This document shows, one piece after another, positions 57,066 to 64,000 of a DNA stretch of 64,000 nt. The stretch's first letter is position 1. Every line of letters starts with the position of its first letter. This DNA comes from Candidatus Binatia bacterium (GTDB lineage Bacteria; Desulfobacterota; Binatia; UBA9968; JAJDTQ01): NCBI GenBank assembly GCA_963666515.2, contig OY762897.2:576001-640000 (forward strand), given 5' to 3'. The notes beneath the pieces were generated by a model, which worked only from the letters and a program-made list of their open reading frames with translations, did not search any database and was not told where the DNA came from. The translations under genes and the position numbers were made by a program.

Positions 57066-58841
57066 TTGAGCAGAAACCAGACAGCGCCGGAGGCGTCAGG
57101 ATCGGCAGGCGCCGGCTCGTCTTCATTCCTCGATGTCCTGCGCCCGAGCAGGCAGGGCCGTGACTATCCGCTGTGGCTGTTCATACCCTGCGCAGTGGTG
57201 TTGGTGTATCTGGTCATCCCGCCGCTGGCCTTCATCATCTTTACGAGCTTCGTGCCTTCCGAGGATTCCGACATCGTCGGCCTGACGACTCAGAACTTCG
57301 CCAACATCTTCGAGTCCCTCGGGGAGTTCGAAACCCTGATGTGGAACTCCCTCGTGTTCTCGGTGGGGAGCGCGGCGTGGGCGCTGGTTTTCGGCACCGT
57401 CATGGCGTGGCTGGCGGAACGCAGCAATGCGCCGTTCCGCGCGGTGGCCTATCTGGCCGCGTTCGTGTCGTTCGCCGTGCCGGGGCTCATCAAGGTCATC
57501 GGCTGGATCCTGCTGCTGGGGCCGGAGGCCGGGTTCATCAACCTGGCCTTTAAGTGGGTCACGGGGTACGGCCCGCTCTTCAACCTCTTCTCCATGAGCG
57601 GCATGGTGCTGGTGGAGGGGTTCCTCTGGACCCCCATCGTCTTCCTGCTCATGGCGACGCCGTTCCGGTCCATGGACCCGTCGCTTGAGGAAGCCGCGGT
57701 GGTGGCCGGGAGCACGGATTGGCAGGTCTTCTGGAAGGTCACCTTCCCGATGGCCATGCCCAGCGTCCTGTCGGTGCTGATCCTCACGTTCATCCGCAGC
57801 CTGGAGGCTTTCGAGATCCCGGCGCTGGTGGGGCTTCCCGCCGGCATCGAGGTCATGACGACTCAGATCTATCTCCAGTTGAGCGAGGGCTACCTCCCCG
57901 AGTACGGCAACGCCAGCGCCTACTCCGTGATCCTAATCGGCTTGGTGGGGCTGTGTCTGGTGCCCTACTATCGGGTCACCCAACACGCGCACCGCTTCAC
58001 CACCATCACCGGCAAGGGGTTCCAGCCCCGGCGCAAGGACCTGGGACGGTGGCGCTGGCTGGGCGGACTGGCGTTGCTGGGCCTGCCGGCGCTCCAGCTC
58101 CTGCCGCTCACCGCCCTTGTCTGGTCGAGCTTCATGCCCTACCTGATCGTGCCTTCGTGGGACGCGCTCTCCCTGTTTACCCTGAACAATTACGTGGAGG
58201 CGTTCAGCGACGACAAGATCGTGCGTTCCATCATGAACAACGTCACCATCAGCATCGTTTCCGCCACTGCGTGCGTGGGCGTGGCCTTCGTGACCGCCTG
58301 GCTGGTGACGCGGACCAACATCAAGGCGCGCTGGTCCCTGGACCGGCTCACCATGATCCCGCTGGTTTTCCCGGGCATCGTCATGGGGGTGGCGGTGCTG
58401 CAGACCTACCTGACGGTGCCGATCCCCGTCTACGGCACCATCTGGATCATGGTCATCGCCTTCTCCGCCCGCTATCTCCCCTATGCCATGCGGTTCAGCC
58501 ACGCGGGCCTGATCGGCATCCACCGCGAGCTGGAGGAGAGCGCCACCACCAGCGGCGCAAGCTGGGGGCAGGTGGCCCGGAAGATCATGGTGCCGCTCAT
58601 GATGCCGGCGCTGTTCGCGGGGTGGATATACATCTTCCTCATCACCATCCGCGAGCTGTCGGTGGCCCTGTTGCTCTACAGCCCGGGGTCCGAGGTCATC
58701 TCCGTGGTGATCTGGGAGCTCTGGGAAAACGGCCATGTCGGGACCCTGTCGGCCTTCGCCCTGGGCATCAGCGTCGGCACGGTGCTCCTGGCCAGCCTCT
58801 TCTACAAGCTCAGCCGCCGCCACGGTCTGGAAGTTCGATGA
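57066..58841 (+). CDS. ABC transporter fused permease (FbpB-like)
   Basis: Two EAA loops (DPSLEEAA..AG, ELEESA..SGA) and about 12 TM helices. Confidence 0.9.
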   Translation: MSRNQTAPEASGSAGAGSSSFLDVLRPSRQGRDYPLWLFIPCAVVLVYLVIPPLAFIIFTSFVPSEDSDIVGLTTQNFANIFESLGEFETLMWNSLVFSVGSAAWALVFGTVMAWLAERSNAPFRAVAYLAAFVSFAVPGLIKVIGWILLLGPEAGFINLAFKWVTGYGPLFNLFSMSGMVLVEGFLWTPIVFLLMATPFRSMDPSLEEAAVVAGSTDWQVFWKVTFPMAMPSVLSVLILTFIRSLEAFEIPALVGLPAGIEVMTTQIYLQLSEGYLPEYGNASAYSVILIGLVGLCLVPYYRVTQHAHRFTTITGKGFQPRRKDLGRWRWLGGLALLGLPALQLLPLTALVWSSFMPYLIVPSWDALSLFTLNNYVEAFSDDKIVRSIMNNVTISIVSATACVGVAFVTAWLVTRTNIKARWSLDRLTMIPLVFPGIVMGVAVLQTYLTVPIPVYGTIWIMVIAFSARYLPYAMRFSHAGLIGIHRELEESATTSGASWGQVARKIMVPLMMPALFAGWIYIFLITIRELSVALLLYSPGSEVISVVIWELWENGHVGTLSAFALGISVGTVLLASLFYKLSRRHGLEVR

Positions 58842-58886
58842 GAGGCTGACGGGGAGTAGGCGGGGCATCAAGCTGTCCGTCCTGCC

Positions 58887-60038
58887 ATGCCGATGAGAAA
58901 TACACCGCCGTTCCGCGCCGACCACGTCGGCAGCCTGCTGCGCCCCGCCGGACTCAGGGAGGCCAGGGTGCGCGTCCTGGGGCCGGATACGGCCGAGAGC
59001 AATCTCGGCCCGCACGGAAACGAGGAGCTGGCGCGCATCGAGGACGGCTTCGTCCGAGACGTCATCGCGCTTCAGAAACGCGTGGGCCTGAGCTCGGCCA
59101 CCGACGGCGAGTTCCGCCGCCGTAGCTGGTTCAGCGAGCTGATGATGACCTGGGATGGCTTCTCCGCCACCCGGCAAGGCGCCTCCTCTCCCTTCAGTTG
59201 GCGCAACGAGGAAGCCCGTCAACAGGACTTCACCGTGGTGTGGGTCGAGGGCAGGATACGCTGGCGCCCCAGCGCGGTCGTTCGTGCCTTCGAGTTTCTC
59301 AAGGCCAACACCGACGCCGAGCCCAAGGTCACCATTCCGGCGCCTCCGGTGGTCTACTGCTTCGCCGGAGGGGATCCAGGGGTCGTGGGCTCCGCCTACG
59401 ACGATGTGGATGCCTTCTGGGAGGACCTGGTGGCCGCCTACCGCCAGGAACTGGCTGCTCTGACGGCCGCCGGCGCGCGCTACATTCAACTCGACGACGT
59501 CGCCATCCCGTTCCTGTGCGACCCGACGTACGAGGACGTGTTCCGCTCCTGGGGCTCCGGCCCCCAGGCCGTGCTGGCCGAGTACGCGCGCCGCATCAAC
59601 CAAGCTCTCGAAGGTCTGCCCGGCGACGTCACCGTCACCATGCACCAGTGCCGCGGCAACCGCGAGGGACTGTGGGCCGCTGCCGGCGGCTACGATTCCG
59701 TGGCCGAGGTGCTGTTCAACGAGATCAACGTCCAAGGCTACTTCCTGGAATACGACACACCGCGTGCCGGCACCTTCGAGCCCCTGCGCTTCCTCCCCGA
59801 AGGCAAGGTGGTCGCCCTCGGCATCGTCTCAACCAAGGGCCCGACCCTCGAATCCGCCGACCACCTCAAGCGCCGCATCGACGACGCCGCCCGCTACGCC
59901 CCCCTGGAGCGCCTCGCCCTCGCCCCCCAGTGCGGCTTCGCCAGCTCGGTCAAGGGCAACCCCCTCACCGAAGCCGACGAAGAAGCCAAGCTTGCGCGCA
60001 TGGTGGAAGTCGCCAGCGAGGTGTGGGGGGACGCGTAA
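58887..60038 (+). CDS. Cobalamin-independent methionine synthase II family (MetE C-terminal-domain-only) protein
   Basis: RADHVGSLLRP, TDGEFRR, YIQLDD and Zn ligands HQCRGN, LEYD, PQCGF. Confidence 0.88.
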   Translation: MPMRNTPPFRADHVGSLLRPAGLREARVRVLGPDTAESNLGPHGNEELARIEDGFVRDVIALQKRVGLSSATDGEFRRRSWFSELMMTWDGFSATRQGASSPFSWRNEEARQQDFTVVWVEGRIRWRPSAVVRAFEFLKANTDAEPKVTIPAPPVVYCFAGGDPGVVGSAYDDVDAFWEDLVAAYRQELAALTAAGARYIQLDDVAIPFLCDPTYEDVFRSWGSGPQAVLAEYARRINQALEGLPGDVTVTMHQCRGNREGLWAAAGGYDSVAEVLFNEINVQGYFLEYDTPRAGTFEPLRFLPEGKVVALGIVSTKGPTLESADHLKRRIDDAARYAPLERLALAPQCGFASSVKGNPLTEADEEAKLARMVEVASEVWGDA

Positions 60039-60041
60039 ACA

Positions 60042-61763
60042 CTAGCCGCTGACCACGCGGCCGGCATCGACTCGGACACCGTAGTCGCGCACCGCGCCCT
60101 CCGGTGTGATGTAGCCGCGGTCGAGGTCGCGCTGAATCAGTTCCATCGCACGCTCCTCCGGCGGCCCCCATCCCCCGCCGCCGCCGGTCTCCAGGATCAC
60201 GCGGTCGCCGGGCTGGAGCTTGCAGTTCTGCGCCTTGCCCATGGTCTCGGTCTCGCCTGACGCCTTGATGATCGTGATGCAGCCCGGTTGCGCGGCCTTT
60301 CCGCCGCGCACGCCCCAGGGCGGACACTTCCTGCGGTCGAGGTTGGTGTTCAAGGTGAAGGGATGGAGCACCGCGTACTCCTTGCGGAAGCCCAGGCCGC
60401 CACGGAACTTGCCGGGGCCGCCCGAATCCTCGCGTAGCGACAGGGAGCATACTCGGAACGGCAGCAGGGATTCCTGCAGTTCCATCGGGATCAGGCGCGT
60501 GTCGCCGTGCGCCATGGTGCGGAACGGCCCGGCGCCGTCGTGCCCGTCGCCCGCGCCCCATCCGCCGTGGCCGCTGTCATGTCCGTGAAAGCGCCTCCCG
60601 TCGGCCCAGTGGCCGTGGATCATGAATCCCGAATGCGTTCCGAAATGTGCGCCAGTGGCGAGGTGCGGGAGCGCGTCCTCCAGGCACCGGATCACCGTAT
60701 CGATGACGGTCGGGAAGGGGGTCGAATAGTTGGACATGGGTGCGCCGGGCCGGGCGCTCAGGATCTTGCCTTGCGGCAGGATCAGCTTGAGCGGACGGAA
60801 GACGCCTTCGTTGGCGGGTTCGCGCGGGGCGATGAGGTACTTGAAGGCGACCCGCGCCGCGGTGACGCCGCCGCCGAAGTAGCCCGAGTTCACCGGCCCC
60901 GGCACCTGGTCGGCGAGCCCCGAGAAGTCGATGGTCATTTCCTCGCCTTCGACGATGACCTTGACGCGAATGGGCACGGGCTCAGTGCCCAGTGAGTCGT
61001 CGTCCAGGAACGCCTCGCTTTCGTACACTCCGTCCGGGATTTCCCGTATGCGGGCGCGCGACGACGCCTCGCCTTGGGCCATGATCGTGTCGACCGCGGC
61101 GAAATAGGTGTCGGTGCCGTACTTGTCGGCAAGCGCGAGCGTGAGGTCGCGGCCCAGGAGACAGCCCGCGAGCTGGGCCGAGATGTCTCCCATCACGTCT
61201 ACCGGCATGCGCGTGTTGTTCTCGATGATGCGGTAGATTTCCTCGACGGGTTCGCCCTTGGACCAGAGCTTGATGGTGCGGAGCTGGAGCCCCTCCATGA
61301 AGACGTCGGTGGAGCCGTGCATCACGCCGCCGATGTCGATCCAGTGGACGTTGAGGGCAAAGAATCCCAGTAACGTCGCGCGCTCCGGCCCGCCGTAGAT
61401 GGGCGTGTACATGACGGTGTTGTTGAGGTGCTGCCCCTGCACCGCCGGATGGTTGCAGACGACGACGTCGCCGTCGAAGAGCCTTTCCCGTCCGTAGATC
61501 TGCAGGCCGTCACGCACCGCGGTGCCGACGGCATCGGCGACGAAAGGCGGCATGCCGCCGGTCGACTGGGCGACGAGTTGGCCGTTCACGTCCACCAAGC
61601 CGACGGCGAAATCCTTGTACTCGTAGACATACGAGCTGAACGCCGTGCGCGTGATGTTGGCGTCGATCTGATTGGTGATGGACACGACGCCGCACCGGAT
61701 CACCTCGAGGGTGATGGGGTCGATCCGTGACGCAGCGTCCGGGATCGTCGTTGCCCTGCTCAT
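60042..61763 (-). CDS. Hydantoinase B / oxoprolinase family protein
   Basis: DPITLEVI, RTAFS, H.N, HWIDIGG, EGL, DSGGPGKFRGG.G and GGGGGWG.P.ER. An alternative start is 61775. Confidence 0.92.
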   Translation of the reverse strand: MSRATTIPDAASRIDPITLEVIRCGVVSITNQIDANITRTAFSSYVYEYKDFAVGLVDVNGQLVAQSTGGMPPFVADAVGTAVRDGLQIYGRERLFDGDVVVCNHPAVQGQHLNNTVMYTPIYGGPERATLLGFFALNVHWIDIGGVMHGSTDVFMEGLQLRTIKLWSKGEPVEEIYRIIENNTRMPVDVMGDISAQLAGCLLGRDLTLALADKYGTDTYFAAVDTIMAQGEASSRARIREIPDGVYESEAFLDDDSLGTEPVPIRVKVIVEGEEMTIDFSGLADQVPGPVNSGYFGGGVTAARVAFKYLIAPREPANEGVFRPLKLILPQGKILSARPGAPMSNYSTPFPTVIDTVIRCLEDALPHLATGAHFGTHSGFMIHGHWADGRRFHGHDSGHGGWGAGDGHDGAGPFRTMAHGDTRLIPMELQESLLPFRVCSLSLREDSGGPGKFRGGLGFRKEYAVLHPFTLNTNLDRRKCPPWGVRGGKAAQPGCITIIKASGETETMGKAQNCKLQPGDRVILETGGGGGWGPPEERAMELIQRDLDRGYITPEGAVRDYGVRVDAGRVVSG

Positions 61764-61771
61764 TGGTTTCC

Positions 61772-63826
61772 TCATTCCTGCCCGCACTCGATGCGGATCT
61801 CACCCATTCCTCCGACCTCGAAGCGGTCGCCCGGCCAGACCAGCGTCGTCGAGCCGTACTCCTCGATGACCGCCGGGCCTTCGGCTGCGAATCCCGGCTC
61901 CAGCCCGTCGCGGTCGTAGATCACGGTTTCAACCACCTCCCCGGCGCCGAAATAGACCTTGCGGGTTCCAGGGTCCGGTGCGGCGCCAGCCGGCGTCCTG
62001 CGCCGCAGGTTGGCGATGTTCGGTTGCCGCAGCTTGGCGAAGGCCGAGAGGTGCAAGGCCTGGAGTTCTGTGGGCGCCTTCGAGTCGGCGTGGCCGTAGC
62101 GGCGCTCGTAGTCGCGCTCGAAGGCTTTCCTCATCTCGGTGACGCCGCGCAGTCCCGTGATCGGAACATGGATGTTGTGCCGTTGCCCAAGGTACCGCAT
62201 CTCCGCCTTGCGTTCGAAAAACACGTCGGTTGTACCGAAATCGCGGCGCAGGGCTTCCGCGGCCGCGGCTTCCATGCCGCGAAAGCAGGTATCCATGCCC
62301 GCTACGAGGGTGTCATCGAGGACGCCGGTGAAGGTCTCCGACGTATCGACACGGGCGTCCGCCAGCAGCATCCCGATAGCGGAGAAATTGCCGGGCTCCG
62401 GCGGGATGACGATGGCTGGGATGGACAGCTCGCGGGCCAGTGCGGAGGCATGCAGCGGTCCGCCGCCGCCGTATGCGAACAGGACGAAATCGCGCGGGTC
62501 GAGGCCCCGCTCCACCGAAACCTGGCGGATCGCGCCGGCCATCAGCACGGTGGCGATGGAGACGATGCCCTCCGCCGTCCGGATCAGCCCCTCATCGCCC
62601 CGGTAGCCGAGTGGCTCCGCGGTCTTTGCAGTGATGGCACGGCGCGCAGATTCGACTCCCAGGCTCAGTTCGCCGCCGAGGAACCGGTGGGGGTTGAGCC
62701 GTCCGAGCACGAGATTGGCGTCGGTGACGGTGGGCTCGGTCCCGCCCCGTTCGTAACAGACCGGGCCGGGCGTCGATCCGGCGCTTCGGGGTCCGACGTG
62801 CAGGCGGTTCTGATCGTCCAGCCAAGCGATGGAGCCGCCGCCGGAACCGACCTCCACAATGTCGATCACCGGCCACTTGATAGGGAAGCCCTGCACGTAA
62901 CCGTTGACGTAGTATACCGACTCGACCGTGAAGCGGCCGTTTTCCACCAGGGCGCATTTCGCAGTGGTGCCGCCCATGTCGAAGGCGACGACGTTGCGGA
63001 TGCCGAGGGCCTCCGCATAGGCGCCGGCGCCGATGCATCCTCCGATGGGCCCGGATTCCACCAGTCCGACGGGTTGGCGGCAGGTGCGTTCCACCGACAG
63101 CAGTCCGCCGTTGGATCCCATCATGAACAGCGAGCCGTCGTAGCCACTTGAGCGGAGTTCGTCTTCCAGACGGCGGACGTAGGTGTTCACCCGCGGCCCC
63201 ACGTACGCGTTGGCGGCGACGGTCGAGGTTCGTTCGTATTCGTACCATTCTCGCGTCAGCTCGGTGCTGCAGGTGACGTAGACCTCGGGAAGCCGCTGCT
63301 TGAGGATCGCTACGGCCTCTTCTTCGTGGGAGGGATCCAGATAGGAGCTCATGAAGAATACCGCCACCGCCTCGACGCTCAGCCGGTTCAGATCCTTCGC
63401 CAGAGTTTCGACCGCATCGGTGTCGAGCGGCACCAGCACCTCGCCGTTGGCGCCGATCCGTTCGGGCACCTCGAAACGCAACTCCCGCGGTATCAGAGGC
63501 TCGTCTCGCCGGTAGTGCAGATCGAACGGGTCGGGACGGTTGGCCCGGGCGATCTCGAGGATGTCGCGAAACCCCGTCGAGGTGACCAGGGCGCACTTGG
63601 CGCCCCGGCGCTCGATCAGGGAGTTGATGACCAGCGTGGTGCCGTGATTGACGAAGTTGGCCTCGGCCGGCGCGAGGTCGGCCTTGCCGAAACAGTCCAG
63701 GATTCCCTCCACGAAATCGCGGTAGGTCGTCGGACTCTTCGTGTACATCGCCTGCCCGGTTTCGTGATCGAAGCCGACAAGGTCGGTGAAGGTGCCTCCG
63801 ATATCCACGGCGACGACGTAGGGCAT
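61772..63826 (-). CDS. Hydantoinase A / oxoprolinase family protein (ATP-binding)
   Basis: DIGGTFTD, HGTT, EYERTST, SGP.GG, DMGGTT, GPRSAGS.PGP.CY and GGGGPLHA. Confidence 0.93.
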   Translation of the reverse strand: MPYVVAVDIGGTFTDLVGFDHETGQAMYTKSPTTYRDFVEGILDCFGKADLAPAEANFVNHGTTLVINSLIERRGAKCALVTSTGFRDILEIARANRPDPFDLHYRRDEPLIPRELRFEVPERIGANGEVLVPLDTDAVETLAKDLNRLSVEAVAVFFMSSYLDPSHEEEAVAILKQRLPEVYVTCSTELTREWYEYERTSTVAANAYVGPRVNTYVRRLEDELRSSGYDGSLFMMGSNGGLLSVERTCRQPVGLVESGPIGGCIGAGAYAEALGIRNVVAFDMGGTTAKCALVENGRFTVESVYYVNGYVQGFPIKWPVIDIVEVGSGGGSIAWLDDQNRLHVGPRSAGSTPGPVCYERGGTEPTVTDANLVLGRLNPHRFLGGELSLGVESARRAITAKTAEPLGYRGDEGLIRTAEGIVSIATVLMAGAIRQVSVERGLDPRDFVLFAYGGGGPLHASALARELSIPAIVIPPEPGNFSAIGMLLADARVDTSETFTGVLDDTLVAGMDTCFRGMEAAAAEALRRDFGTTDVFFERKAEMRYLGQRHNIHVPITGLRGVTEMRKAFERDYERRYGHADSKAPTELQALHLSAFAKLRQPNIANLRRRTPAGAAPDPGTRKVYFGAGEVVETVIYDRDGLEPGFAAEGPAVIEEYGSTTLVWPGDRFEVGGMGEIRIECGQE

Positions 63827-63885
63827 GAGGTTCTCTGGTGAACGCAGGAAGGATCGCGCCTGGTTGCGGGCTTCGGTCGAGGGGC

Positions 63886-63999
63886 TCAGTCAGTCGTTGG
63901 CAGGATGATGAGCTGCAGCCGGTTGCCCGCGGGATCGTACAGGTAGACGCTCTTCTCGCCGGGAGCGCGGTGGGCGGCGCGGAGGTCGCCTTCGATGTA
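63886..63999 (-). CDS. VOC/glyoxalase family protein, C-terminal fragment (truncated by window edge)
   Basis: Hand translation gives ...EKSVYLYDPAGNRLQLIILPTTD*, matching the YxxDPxGNxLxL motif. Confidence 0.7.
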   Translation of the reverse strand, partial: YIEGDLRAAHRAPGEKSVYLYDPAGNRLQLIILPTTD

Positions 64000-64000
64000 G

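Overview
High-GC bacterial chromosomal window. The 16S sequence and gene content look deltaproteobacterial-like, possibly Binatia / Desulfobacterota_B; this is inference only. The first third is core genome: 3' end of a tryptophan-halogenase-like gene, a stand-alone pyruvate carboxyltransferase, an rng-phoU-phoB-phoR operon, HNH-smc-ftsY, zapB-zapA-ygfA-rny-tyrS, and a complete rrn operon (16S, tRNA-Ile, tRNA-Ala, 23S, 5S). It continues with moeA-ispF, acs, an amidohydrolase and a CopD-like gene, and an A1-type aa3 cytochrome c oxidase operon containing two micro-ORFs. The remainder is accessory or metabolic: an AfuABC-like sugar-phosphate transporter with an IMPase, aspartate dehydrogenase plus a ThDP enzyme, a compositionally distinct NotI-like Type II restriction-modification pair, MFS/RidA genes, an ECF sigma / ZAS anti-sigma / Spy module, a two-SBP TAXI-TRAP system with an LLM enzyme, an ABC SBP/permease with a MetE-like gene, and hydantoinase/oxoprolinase A/B. 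No CRISPR array, IS or prophage was seen. The most notable signals are a repeated GGAACC-N6-CGTCTAAT motif with an abnormally short ECF-type spacer, the NotI-like R-M system, tandem NrdR-like boxes before smc, and two probable CTG start codons.
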